The notes: generated by a model from the letters alone, not told the origin. Shown: positions 36,254-48,859, numbered from the stretch's first letter. The stretch: DNA of 64,000 nt from Squalus acanthias (GCA_030390025.1 CM059432.1:41790001-41854000), one strand, 5' to 3'. Program-made: numbers and translations.

Positions 36254-36548
36254 TAAGGCTCTTTCTTTCTTTATACCGTAATTGTCAACTGCATATGCTG
36301 GGGAGCCATTTTGACAAACCAGCTCTCATACTTAACCATGTCCCTGGCCATGTTTAAGTGTTAAAGTCCTTTTTACTTTGTCATGGAAGGTTTTAAGTGA
36401 CATTTGCTTTGCAAATAACCAAGCTTTGGAGCCTCCGAAACCTTAAGACTTGCTGGTAAGTCTGTAAACAATATTAATTTAATTTATTTTTACTCTAGGT
36501 CAGCCCATCAATGAGTCAATGTACTAAAATGAAAACTGATATACTTAC

Positions 36549-36654
36549 TTCAGAGGACTTAAAATGAAATACTGTTGGAAATGGCTCTTGATCAAGATTT
36601 CGAGATGCTAAACCATATCGACTATCATAATACAACCATGGCAGATTCTTTCGC
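36549..36654 (-). CDS. TMEM67: Meckelin coding exon (approx. exon 9), (W)RKNLPWLYYDSRYGLASRNLDQEPFPTVFHFKSSE
   Basis: tttcag/gtaagt; 106 nt; completes the TG|G Trp codon; WRxNLPWL motif. Confidence 0.95.
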
Positions 36655-36824
36655 CTGAAATAAAAGTAAATTTTCAGCATATTTGATATAAATAATGACT
36701 GTTATTGATCAATAGGTACACAAGAATGTGAGAATAAGAAAAGAGCATTCAGTCTGTCCAGTTCAAAATGAAATAATTTTTCAACTTATTTTTACATTAT
36801 TCCTATTCCAAATAGGCCTACTCC

Positions 36825-38446
36825 TGAGCTCCGCACCATCACAGAAGCCAGTCTTCAGCCAATTCGATTCACTTCACGGGATATCAAGGAACGGCTGAGT
36901 GCACTGGATACAGCAAAGGCTATGGGCCCCAACAACATCCCGGCTATCGTGCTGAAGACTTGTGCTCCAGAACAAGCCGCGCCTCTAGCCAAGCAGTTCC
37001 AGTAAAGCTACAATACTGGCATCTATCCGACAATGTGGAAAACTGCCCGGGTATGTCCTGTCCACAAAAAGCAGGACAAATCCAACACGGCCAATTACCG
37101 CCCCATCAGTCTACTCTCAATCATCAGCAAAGTGATGGAAGGTGTCATCGACAGTGCTATCAAGCGGCACTTACACACCAAAACACCTGCTCACTAATGC
37201 CCAGTTTGGGTTCTGCCAAGACCACTCGGCTCCCGACCTCATTACAGCCTTGGTCCAAACATGGACAAAGGAGCTGAATTCCAGAGAGTGACTGCCCTTG
37301 ACATCAAGGCAGCATTTGATCGAGTGTGGCATCAAGGAACCCTAGTAAAACTGAAGTCAATGGTAATCGCGGGAAAACTCTCCACTGGCTGGAGTCATAC
37401 CTAGCACAAAGGAAGATGGTTGTGGTGATTGAAGGTCAATCATTACAGCCCCAGGACATCGCCGCAGGAGTTCCTCAGGGCAGTGTCCTAGGCCCAACCA
37501 TCTTCAGCTGCTTCATCAATAACCTTACCTCCAACATAAGGTCAGAAATGGGGATGTTCACTGATGACTGCACAGTGTTCAGTGCCATTCACAACTCCTC
37601 AGATAATGAAGCAGTCCATGCCTGCATGCAACAAGACCTGGACGACGTTCAGGCTTGGGCTGATAATTGGCAGGTAACATTCGCGGCACAGAAGTGCCAG
37701 GCAATGACTATCTCCAACAAGCAGAGTCTAACCACTGCCCCTTGACATTCAATGGTATTACCATCGCCGAATTCCCCACCATCAACATCTTGGGGGTCAC
37801 CATTGACCAGAAGTTTAACTGGACCAGCCACATAAATACTGTGGCAACAAGAGCAGGTCAGAGGCTAGGTATTCTGCGGCGAGTGTCTCACCTCCTGACT
37901 CCTCAAAGCCTTTCCACCATCTACAAGGCACAAGTAAGGAGTGTGATGGAATACTCTCCACTTCCCTGGATGAGCGCAGCTCCAACACTCAAGAAGCTCG
38001 ACACCATCCATGACAAAGCAGCCCACTTGACTGGCACCCCATCCACCACCTTAAATATTCACTCCCTCCACCACCGGCGTACCGTGGCTGCAGTATGTAC
38101 CATCTACAAGATGCACTGCAGCAACTCGCCAAGGCTTCTTCGGCAGCACCTCCCAAACCTGCAACCTCTTCCACCTAGAAGGACAAGGGCAGCAGGCACA
38201 TGGGAACACCACCACCTCCAAGTTCCCATCCAAATCACACACCATCCTGACTTAGAAGTATATCGCCGATCCTTCATCGTTGCTGGGTCAAAATCCTGGA
38301 ACAGCACTGTGGGAGTACCTTCACCACACGGACTGCAGCGGTTCAAGAAGGCGGCTCACCACCACCTTCTCAAGGACAATTACGGATGGGCAATAAATGC
38401 TGGCCTTGCCAGCAACGCCCACATCCCATAAACGAATAAAAAAAAA
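36825..38446 (+). mobile_element. APE-RT LINE (second family), 5'-truncated 3' half
   Basis: NYRPISLLS, GVPQGSVLGP, FTDD and IYKAQVRSVMEY motifs; poly-A tail. Confidence 0.88.
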
Positions 38447-38629
38447 CATATCTCTCTATGCATTGCTGAATTCCCATTTGAGTGCTTTGGTGGAGTCAGT
38501 GGCTCATGCATTTGTGGCAGTCTATTCTAGAAGTCAAAGAGTAATTATGAAGAATTATTATTTAAAGGGGAAGTCTGACTACTGCAAAGAATTGAGTAAC
38601 ATGTTTGTGTTTTGTTCTATCTACTGTGT

Positions 38630-38875
38630 TGTTGAGGCTGCCGCGAAACACGAATTAAGACTGAATCCATGTGTGGGAAACAGAGGCTTTTTAATACAAC
38701 TGCATGGTCCAAAATGGCTGAACAGACTGCTCCCAGAATTCTCTGGAAAAACCATGAGGCCCCGCCCACTCCTTTTCTCCTGCCTTAAAGGCAAGGTGCC
38801 TTAAAGGCAAGGTGCTCGATATATTGTCCACGGATGGAAAAGTGGAAATGCCCGTTTAGGTGGCGATCTGCCACA
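38630..38875 (-). repeat. 3' LTR (246 bp), preceded on the minus strand by purine tract GGGGGGAG
   Basis: Direct repeat of 42740-42986; plus strand cagctccccccaga adjacent. Confidence 0.95.
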
Positions 38876-38895
38876 CAGCTCCCCCCAGAATCCGC

Positions 38896-41800
38896 TTAGG
38901 AGGTGTGGACGAGACGGTGCGGCGGTCTGATGGGCCGGCCGGAGCGGCTCTTGTAGGACGCCGGTGGACGTGGAACGGCCGGGCGTGGAGCCGCCGGGTG
39001 AACCGGCTTGAGGGCAGGTCGGCCGCATGGCGGTGGACGAGCTACAGGGACCTGCTCACCGGGCTCCGAGTGTGCTGGCTTGAGTCGGTCAACCGACACT
39101 TTTTCGGTCCTGTCGCCCACTTGCAGGGTGAAAAATTTGTCCCCAGCCTGTAGCACTTTGTAGGGCCCGTCGTACGGGGGTTGAAGGGGTCCGCGGTGGG
39201 CGTCGTGCTGGACGAAAACTAACCGTGCCTGGTGCAGGCTTAGTGGGACGTGTGAGGTGGATTCGCCATGTCGGGCAATGGGCACCGGGGCGAACTGCAG
39301 CGCCGGTGAGGCGAAGTCGTGGCGTTGCTGGTCGGCTGACCAGGGTGTCGTGGCGGTGGGCAGGAACTCGCCGGGTACGCGCAGTGGCTGACCGTACACG
39401 AGCTCTGCTGCCGATGCATGGAGGTCTTCTTTAACCGCGGTGCGCAGGCCGAGGAGGACCCACGGAAGTCGGTCGGTCCAGGCGCCATCCTGGAGGCTGG
39501 CTCGAAGAGATGCCTTCAAGGATCTGTGGAACCGCTCACACAGTCCGTTGGCTTGGGGGTGGTACGCTGTGGTGCGGTGAATGGTCACCCCGAGATTGCG
39601 TGCGACGGCGGTCCAGAGTTCAGAGGTAAATTGCGGACCTCTGTCCGACGTCATGTCGGAGGGGACGCCGAACCGTGCGACCCAGGTGCTGACGAAGGCT
39701 CTGGCGATGTCGGCGGTGGTGGTAGAGGTCAGTGGAATTGCCTCGGGCCAGCGCGTGGTGCGGTCAACGATCGTCAGCAAGTGCGTGTGGCCTTGCGACG
39801 GCGGCAGGGGCCCAACGATGTCCACGTGGATGTGGTCGAATCTCCGCGAGGGGACGGTAAACTCTTCGAGGGGTGCTTTCGTGTGTTGCTGTACCTTGGC
39901 CCGTTGGCAGGCTAGGCAGGAGTTGGCCCAAGTACGCACATCCTTGCGAAGGCCGCGCCAGACAAAGCGGTTGGCTACCAATTTGATGGCTGCGCGGGCG
40001 CCGGGGTGGGAGAGGTTGTGGAGAATGTCGAATACCCGGCGGCGCCAGGACGACGGGCCGAGGTTGACAGAGGGATATGTCGCACTTGACCGTGACTGCG
40101 GTCGGGCCACAGGCGACGTCGGCCAGGCGTAGCCCTGGTAGGTTGGTAGGTGCAGAGAGCAGATCAGGGTCGGTGATCTGGTCTGCTGCGAGTTGAGCGT
40201 AGTCGACTGCCAGGTGTGCGGCGTGGATGGCGGGGCGGGAGAGGCAGTCGGCTACCACATTGTCTCGGCCGGAGACGTGTTGGATGTCCGTGGTGAACTC
40301 GGACACTGCCGCGAGCTGGCGCTGCTGCCTGGCGGACCAGGGGTCGGTTGTCTTTGCCATTGCGAATGTCAGGGGCTTGTGGTTGACAAACGCAGTGAAG
40401 GGGTGGCCCTCAAGCAAAAACCGAAAATGGCGGACTGCCAGGAACAGCGTGAGGAGCTCGCGGTCGAAGGTGCTGTACTTGACCTCCGGGGGGCGTAGTT
40501 GGCGGCTGAAGAAGGCAAGTGGTTGCCAGGCGCCGTTAACCCACTGCTCATACACGGCGCTGACCGCGTGGTCGGAGGCGTCCATGGTGAGCGCTACCCT
40601 GGCATTGGGCCGTGGGTGCGCGAGCAGGGTGGCGTTGGCGAGCGCGGTCTTGGTGGAGTCGAAGGCGGCGGACGCGTCTACCGTCCATTGGACCGCCATC
40701 TTGCCGCTCATGCCCGGGAAGGCTTCATACAGGGACCTCATGAGGGACGCCGCTTTGGGGATGAAGCGGTTATAGAAATTCACCATCCCGAGGAACTCCT
40801 GGAGGCCTTTGATGGTGGTGGGCGGGGAAATTGTTGGACGGCCTGCACCTTGGTGGGCAGGGGAATGGCCCCAGCATGGGTGATGTGGTGGCCGAGGAAG
40901 TCGATCTTGTCCAGGCCGAACTGGCATTTGGCTGGGCTGAGGATGAGCCCGTGGTCGCTGAGGTGCCCGAACAGGATGCGAAGGTGTTCGAGGTGTTCCT
41001 GCTTGGAGGAACAGGCTACCAGGATGTCGTCCAGGTAGACGAACAGGAACTTCAGGTCCCGAAGGACCGAGTCCATGAGCCGCTGGAATGCCTGGGCCGC
41101 GTTTTTGAGGCCGAAGGGCATCCGCAGGAACTCGAACAGGCCGAAGGGGGTGATTACGGCCGTCTTGGGGACGTCCGCGGGGTGGACGGGGACTTGGTGG
41201 TAGCCGCGCACCAGGTCGACCTTGGAAAAGACTGAGCGGCCGGCCAGTCTAGCCGAGAAGTCCTGAATGTGCGGCACGGGGTACTGATCAGGGGTGGTGG
41301 CGTCGTTGAGGCGGCGGTAATCCCCGCAGGGGCGCCAACCCCCGCCTCGTTTGGGGGCGATGTGGAGTGGGGAGGCCCAGGGATTGTTGGAGCGGCGGAT
41401 GATGCCGAGCTGTTCCATGGTGGCAAACTCGGTCCGCGCGATCTCCAGTTTGGCCGGGTCCAGCCTGCGGGCGTGGGCGTACACTGGGGGGCCTGTGGTG
41501 GGGATGAAGTGTTCCACCCCGTGTTTGGCGGCCTCCGCGGAGAAGGTCGGATTGGTAAGGGCCGGGAATTCGGCCAGGAGTGCCGAGTAGTCATCCGTGG
41601 CCCGGGCGTGGCACTGTGACGCCATGTCGGCAGGTTGACGGTGGGCCATGGCGCCCAGGATGGGGGACATGGTGTTCATGTCCACGAGGCGGTGACGAGG
41701 GATGTCTACCAGTAGGCCGTGGGCGCACAGGAAATCTGCGCCAATAAGAGGGGAGAGCACCTTGGCAGTGATGAACTCCCATCGGTAGCGGCGACCAGCG

Positions 41801-42699
41801 AGGTCGAGGGTGACTGTCCGAGTGCTGTACGTCCGGATTTCCGAGCCGCTAGCAGCAGCCAGCGCCGGTCCTCGTTCGCCCTTTTGGATGTCGAGGGAGG
41901 AGGCCGGGATGATGCTGTGCTGAGCTCCAGTGTAGCACAGGAACCGGCGGCCGGTATTGTCATCCATGACGTACAGCAGGGAGCCCGCGTGGCCCACGGC
42001 CATCGCGGGGGCTGGTACGGGGGCGGACTTGAAAGAGCAGGGAGGTGTGCACCATTGTGCCCTGGCGCCGAACCGTGCGTGGTAGTAACAGTGGCCCAGG
42101 TTAGTGGGGCGCGAAGGCCCCGTGGGCCTGGTGGCTGGTCCTTGTGGCCGCGTGGTGGCCGGTGAGGGGCGCGCCCAGGCATTGGCTGCCAGGTCCGGTG
42201 TGACGTCGCGGCTGGAGTGAGCGGACAGCAGCTTGTCGGCCTCATCGGCCAGGGCTTCCAGGTTCGTGAGGCCGGACGCCACGATCGCTGGGCAGATGCT
42301 GAGAGGGAGCTGGCGGATGAACAGCGTGCGGAAGAGGAATCCGGGTGGGCTCTCGTCGGTGAGGGACAGCATGTGGGAGAGGAGGTCTGACGGTGAGGCA
42401 TCACCGAGGCCTGGAAGGTCGAGGAGGTGGCAGTTTCGCTGATAAGCCGAGGCCGTAAATTTTTTAAGGAGCGCTGCCTTCAGATGTGCATACTTGCCTT
42501 CCTCTGGTGGGTTCTGCAGCGCTGTCCAAACCTTTGAAACTGTGGTGCTACCGAGTGATGTGACGAGGTAGTCGTACTGCGTCCCATCTGTGGTGATGTT
42601 TCGCAGCCAGAAGCGGGATTCAGCTTGGAGAAACCAGGCTTCGGGCTGGTTTTCCCAAAACTCCGGCAGTTTCACAGAAACTGCGTTCGTGTCCGCCAT
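38896..42699 (-). pseudogene. Gag-Pol polyprotein with two frameshifts (~40821, ~40048) and an inactivated protease site
   Basis: Gag LPEFW..WF and CYYH-x9-C-x3-C; PR FLCYTGA (normally DTG); RT YLDD; RH DAS..RELL; IN HHCC, D-D-E and GPY motifs. Confidence 0.93.
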
Positions 42700-42724
42700 T
42701 GCAGTGCTCGGAATACGTTCTGAG

Positions 42725-42738
42725 CGTCGGGGTCACCA
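42725..42738 (-). promoter_or_regulatory. Primer binding site complementary to tRNA-Trp 3' end
   Basis: TGGTGACCCCGACG just inside the 5' LTR; matches the recalled tRNA-Trp PBS TGGTGACCCCGACGTGAT over 14 nt. Confidence 0.85.
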
Positions 42739-42739
42739 A

Positions 42740-42986
42740 TGTTGAGGCTGCCGCGAAACACGAATTAAGACTGAATCCATGTGTGGGAAACAGAGGCTTT
42801 TTAATACAACTGCATGGTCCAAAATGGCTGAACAGACTGCTCCCAGAATTCTCTGGAAAAACCATGAGGCCCCGCCCACTCCTTTTCTCCTGCCTTAAAG
42901 GCAAGGTGCCTTAAAGGCAAGGTGCTCAATATATTGTCCATGGACGGAAAAGTGGATAATGCCCGTTTAGGTGGCGATCCGTCACA
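42740..42986 (-). repeat. 5' LTR (247 bp)
   Basis: Direct repeat of 38630-38875 with 5 substitutions and 1 indel. Confidence 0.95.
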
Positions 42987-43047
42987 GTGTTGCATTAAAA
43001 AAAATACTGCAGGTGTTACTGAGGCAGAATGTTAAAAAAAATCAATC

Positions 43048-44005
43048 ATTCTGAAAGCTGAAGCCTTTTTCATAATGGGCCAGTGCTCACTGATATTTTC
43101 GCATAAAACGGACAGCAACTTCAGGCATGCGCAGATGTGCAGTTAAACGCGACAATCCGGAAGTTACTGTCTGAGACACACTACTCCGGCGTAAGCTGCG
43201 CGAAAACGACATCTCGCTGTCTGGCTCCCCATTCAAATATATTGAGCGGTGTGAAGTTCCTGTACTTACGTCGTAGATACAGACTAGACTCACCACAGAA
43301 AGTTAGGGCTTCTCCATTTCAGTCTAAGTAGCCTTTTTAACGCCGTGATAAGTCTTAATTACTGCCAAACAACCTCTCTGACACTGAAAATTAACTTTTA
43401 CAAGTGTGGATTCTCATTCCTTCAGCTTTTAATTGATGTTGGAGGTTAAAAATAATTTAAATTATATTTTAAAAAACATTTTCTGTCTCTTTTTTCTCTC
43501 TCTTAATCCAATCTTTCTTCCCCTCTCTTTATTTTGGTTTCTGTACTTGATTTGAGATTGAATTCACTATTCTAACTTACACTTCCTCTTCAATGCAGAA
43601 AGTATTCTCTTCAATGCAGAAAGTATTATCTTCAAAAGACTGAGATATGCCTTCTTTGGACAAAGAAAGATAATTCACAAAATCATTTATAAGCACATCC
43701 ACTTAGTATGCTGCTAAATTGAGAAATTTTGAGCATCTCTTCCCTTATACCGTGGAAAAGTTTAATTGCGCCTTTTTGTGAAAGTCAGTGAAGTCACCAT
43801 CTTTGATGAGCATTTTATTAAGAAATGTTACATTTTGGGATTTTCAATAACAATCTAGTTTCACAGTAGTTCCCATCAGTGGACCTTTGTTTCCTACAAA
43901 CTTGAAGCTATAATTAACAATCATCCTATCGCAATAATCTGTGTACCGTAGTAGTAATCATAGTGAGCACTGGCCCATTATGAAAAAGGCTTCAGCTTTC
44001 AGAAT
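43048..44005. repeat. Perfect 44-bp inverted repeat pair (43048-43091 / 43962-44005) enclosing 870 bp
   Basis: attctgaaagctgaagcctttttcataatgggccagtgctcact and its exact reverse complement. Confidence 0.92.
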
Positions 44006-44294
44006 TAAACATTGCCTTGTGCTATGTGATCAGACACAGTATATTAGACAAAGTAAAATTTATTTATAAATTAGATAAGAAGCATACAACATTGAGCAGA
44101 TACTGGAAGATATAAATAACTAGGAAACATCATAATGGGTTAAATATCTTTAGTGAGGACTATGAAATATAATAGCCTTTTCCATTTTGAAAAGCAAACT
44201 TCTAGCTGCTGACCAGATGAATTCAGTGGTCCACAGATACTGCCTAACCTGCTGAGTATTTCCAGCATTTTCGGTTTATATTGTTGAATAATTC

Positions 44295-44622
44295 ATAAGA
44301 ACATAAGAAATAGGAGCTGGAGTAGGCCATTTGGCTCTTTGAGCCTGTTCCGCCATTCAACAAGATCATGGCTGATCTTTTACCTCAACTCCACCTTCCC
44401 GCACTATCCTCATATCCCTTAATTCCCAAAAATTTATCGACCTCTTGAATATACTCAACGACTGAGCATCCAGAGCTCTCTGGGGTACAGAATTCCAAAT
44501 ATTCACAACCCTTTGAGTGAAGAAATTTCTCCTCATCTCAGTACTAAATGGCCGACCCCTTATTCTGAGACTGCAACCCAGTGTTCTAGATTCCCCAGCC
44601 AGGTGAAACATTTTCTCAGCAT
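44295..44622 (-). mobile_element. CR1 3' end fragment
   Basis: (cataagaa)n tail; MF.LAGESRT.G.SLRIRG..MRRNFFTQRVV. Confidence 0.85.
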
Positions 44623-45305
44623 TCACAACAGAGGAAGAGGATAATATACCTGACATTCCAGGGAAATTAATAATGAATCGAAGACTGGAATTCACTTAAG
44701 TTAACAAAAGCAAGGAAACAGTATTAGAAAGAATAATGGCACTAAAGACTAACAAATCCCCAAGACCTGATGGTTTACACCCCATGGTTTTAAAGGAAGT
44801 AGGTGAGGAAACTGCAGATGCTTTAGCTATAATCTTCCAAAGCTCCCTCAATTCAGTAATTGTCCCTTTAGATTGGATAACTGCAAATGTAACTCCATTA
44901 TTTAAGAAAGATGAAAGAGAAACCAGGAAATTATAGACCTGTCAGTCTAACATCTGTGGGGAAGTTATTGGAATCTATAATTAAGGACAGAGTGACTGAG
45001 CACTTACAGAAATTCGAGCTGATTAGAGAGCCAACATGGACTTGTAAAGGGTAGGTCATGTCTAAAGAACCTAATGGAATTTTTTGAGGAATTAACAAAA
45101 GAAGTAGACAGGGGAATGTTTATGGATATAGCTTATATGGATGTCCAGAAGGCATTCAATAAGGTTCCATATGTGAGACTGTTAGCTAAAATTAAAGCTC
45201 ATGGCATTGAAGGCAAATTATTCACCTGGTTAGGAGATTGGTTAGGTGGTAGACAGAGAGTAGGGATAATGGATATGTACTCAAATTGGAAGGAAGTGAC
45301 TTGTG

Positions 45306-46815
45306 GGGCTCGATTTTAATAGCCCTGAGGAGACGGGTCGGCAGCGAAAATCAGAAAAAATGGCTTCAGACTGCCAACCCGCCTCCATCCCGCCACCACG
45401 CGATTTTCGTGAGTGTCGGGTCAGCCGCTCCCAAACTGACCCGAAGGGAACAGGTGGGACAGGTAGTTAAGGCAGTTAAGAGCCTGTTAACTGCCTTGGT
45501 AATCCTATTTTTATAGTGGTTTCCCATTTTCGTGCATCTGGCTCCTGTTTCCCGTCTTGTTGGAAACACGCCAGCTGCAAGGAGACGAGTTGCTGGAGGA
45601 CATGATTTGTAGTCATTGGTGCAGCACTTTAAAAGCGCTCCTGTAACATGGCTGACATTCAAATGCAACAACTTTATTGTTGGAGGTTTGGGATAAGATT
45701 TTGCAAATCTACTGACACCCATCTGCAGTGTTACCTGATTGGAATAATTTCAGGCCACTTTGAGTGTGCGCTTGCAAGCTTCTTGCCTCAACTGAAATCT
45801 ATTGCAACGGGATGGGAACCATTTACATTCTCTCATTCTGGTCATCAGATTCGGAGGAACAGCAGCCATGGCAGCACCACAACCAGCCACAACAGCAGCA
45901 CGAGCACCAGCCTCCTCCTCACCCACCTGATGCTGCACTGGACACAGGGCATCAGCCCCTGACAAAATTGCTGGCCAGGAGGCCAGCGATGGCATCACCA
46001 TGGCCAGATTTTCTTCACTTGACGCTGTAAACCCTGGCTGCCACATGATGCGCCAGGTTGACACCATCCCACACCAGCACCGTGAAGCATCCCTTTAATG
46101 TCCAAACCATTCCATGCACACACATCACTATAGCTGGGGGGGGGGGGGGAGTTATGACTGAACAATCACTGGAACTCAGAAAGACAGTTCTCAATGTGCG
46201 CTCAGATCTGTCCAATAAGGGTCACTTTTGGAAAAAGATATTACACTGTATGACAACACATTACCAGAAACTTCACCTGGACATTGGCTAAACCTCTCAA
46301 GTGCCTACCCTTGTGGGTTGTTAGTTGGTATGCTTGCAGTAGGATGAGGGTGAGTGTGAGGGGTGGTTAGTGAGATGGGGAAGTGATAAAGTAGATAGAG
46401 AGGGTTGGGTGGAGGTTCAAGGTAAGTTGGTGTCCTGGGGAGGTCTCTTCCACCCTTGGAAGGGAAGAGAACCTCCCTGCGTGCTGTGACTCCCTCCATA
46501 AGCATATGGAGGGAGTCATTGGAGAGCCTGGGTGAAAGTGTTCACCTTTGTGCAGCGATTGTCAGTGTTTTCAGCACCTCAATGCCGTCAAACATTGACA
46601 GATCAACTGTCAAAATAAAATTGTGCATGGTCCCTTTAAGGAAACCGGCAGATGATGTGTCATCAGACACGCTTCCTGTTAATTTGCTGGGCGGGCTTAA
46701 CAAGGCCAATCAAGGGAAAATCACGTCTGCAGAGCGGAGGCAGCTGGGGTCGGGACTGGAACCCGGAAACCAGCTGACCCGCCCCCATCCCGCCTCCAGA
46801 ATTAAATTCCCGGCC
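45306..46815. mobile_element. Non-autonomous Harbinger derivative (same family as 2299-6598)
   Basis: Left end is the reverse complement of 6100-6598; Myb remnant at ~46440-46560; GTG duplicated at 45303-45305 and 46816-46818. Confidence 0.85.
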
Positions 46816-47446
46816 GTGATGTCCCATAAGGATCTGTGCTGAGGCCTCAACTATTGACTATATTTATTAATGACTTAGATAACACAATAGAAACCCATAT
46901 ATCCAAATTTGCTGATGAAAAGAAAAAGATAGACTTGCATTTATATAGTGCCTTTCATGACCTCAGGACATCCCTAAGCACTTTACAGCCAATTAAGTAC
47001 TTTTGAAGTGTAGTCACTGTTGTAATGTAGGAAATGAAGGATGACACAAAGATTGGTTGTATAGTAAGTAGTGTAGACGGGAGCATAAAATTACAAAGAG
47101 ACGTTGATAGATTAAGTGAGTGGGCGAAACTGTGGCAGATGGATTTCAATACATGTACGTGTAAGGTGATCCATTTTGGACCAAAAAAGTATAGATCTGA
47201 GTATTATTTAAATGGTGAAAAGCTAGGAATAGTTGAAGTCCAAAGTGATTTAGGGGGCCATGTACACAGATCACTAAAATGTAGCAGTCAGGTACAAAAA
47301 ATAATCAAAAAGGCTAATTGAATGTTAGCTTTTATAACTAGAGGGCTAGAATATAAAGGGAAGTTTTTCTACAGCTATACAAAGCCCTGGTTAGACCACA
47401 TCTGGAGTACTGTGTACAGTTCTGGGCACTGCACCTTAGAAATGAT

Positions 47447-48177
47447 GGCCCAAAAATTTGTGTTGATACGCGAGAGTACGCACTGTGTACTCTCGCGTAT
47501 TCTGTCTCCAATTGCCGGTTTTCTGCATGCACTGCGCATGCGCTGAAAACCGGCACTTGGTGAATGGAAAAGGGGGCGGTTCCTAAGTGAACCGCGTGCG
47601 CGCTACAGGCTGCGCGCATGCAGTGCACTTAGTGGTTTCAACGCGCGGGTAAGTATGGAAGATTTTACACATAAAAGACCCACTTTTAACAAGGTAAGTA
47701 GTGAATTAAGTATTATTTTGATTTTTTTTTAACAGGTATATCTTTTTTAGAGACTTTAAAGACAGGTAAGTTTATTTTTATAACTTTTTAAAAGATTTAA
47801 AATTTTTTCAAAAATTTAATTTTTTATTTAAAATGGTTAATTTATTTAACTATACTTATTTTATTAATGTGATGGTTTTTAAAAAAAATTTAATTGAGGT
47901 TTAGCTGTTCTTTTGGGGGGCTATAGTATTCATAGCTTTCACAGCACTTATGTGAAAGTTATGAATGGAAGATGGTGTGCTGCCATTGGCTCTAACTGAG
48001 TCACGTGATCCCACAGCTCGCACGAATTAACTGCGCCTGTGGGATACGCAAGCCCAGCACAGCAGCTGTCCAGAACATCAAGTTCGTGCGAGCTGGAACT
48101 GAAAAAGCCAACGCGCAGTGAGAGATCGCGGGGAAGCCTTACCCTCGCACGAAGGCTTCCTCACGAATTTTTGGGCC
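47447..48177. mobile_element. Harbinger-type MITE (731 bp)
   Basis: TIR GGCCCAAAAATT(T/C)GTG, 15/16 match; GAT duplicated at 47444-47446 and 48178-48180; AT-rich centre. Confidence 0.88.
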
Positions 48178-48859
48178 GATATATATTGGAATGAGTGCAG
48201 CGCAGATTCATCAGAATGTTATCAGGTCTCCATGGGTTAGATTATGAGGAGAAATTGCATAAACTAAGTTTGTATTCCCTGGAATATAAAAGGTTAAGGG
48301 GTGACTTGATGGAAGTTTTTTTGATTTTGAAAGGAATTGATAGGGTAGAGAGAAACTTTTTCTGCTGAGTCTAAGAGAGTCTGGGACAAAGGAATATAAC
48401 TTTAAAATCAGAGCCAGGCTATTTAGGATTGAAGTCAGGAAACAGTTCTTCATGCAAAGGATGGTAGAAGTGTGGACCTCTCCCCCACAAAAAAGCAGTA
48501 GATGCTAGCCCAATTAATAATTTTCAATCTGAGATCGATACATATTTGCTGGACAAATCTATGATTCTATGACAAGGGTATAAAAGAATATGGAGCCAAG
48601 GCAGGTGGATGGAGTTAAGATACAGATCAGCCATGATCTCATTGAATGGTGGAGCAGACCGAGGGGCTGAATGGCCTATTCCTGTTCCTAAAAGTGGAAT
48701 TCAAAGTGAAATATGACTTCAGTGCTGAAAGGCTTTGAAGAATACCTCCTCTGCATGATAGGTCTTACAGATGATCTTACTCAAACAACAGCCAAGTTTG
48801 AGCAAGAGGAAGTCAGTGTTTTGACAACGTGTTTCCATTTCATTGCGTCAGTAAAAAAG

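Larger units (their letters stand above)
38630..42986 (-). mobile_element. Ty3/gypsy LTR retrotransposon (CsRn1-clade-like), full length, 4357 bp
   Basis: Two TG..CA LTRs; GTGT TSD at 38626-38629 and 42987-42990; PBS; PPT; gag-PR-RT-RH-IN order. Confidence 0.96.
44622..48690 (+). mobile_element. Old CR1 LINE interrupted by two Harbinger-type insertions and a SINE tail (46920-47035)
   Basis: KSP.PDGLHP, MD.QKAF.KV and KLQRDVDRL translations; CR1 3' tail at ~48690; sequence rejoins across the insertions. Confidence 0.85.

Noticed and set aside
38876..42739. Bacterial contamination or prophage suggested by high GC and many overlapping ORFs
   Set aside because: Bounded by LTRs with TSD, PBS and PPT; the extra ORFs are antisense or alternate-frame shadows of GC-rich gag-pol
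44295..44700. Twin-priming 5' inversion of a single CR1
   Set aside because: Both oppositely oriented pieces carry their own 3' tails, so they are better read as two insertions
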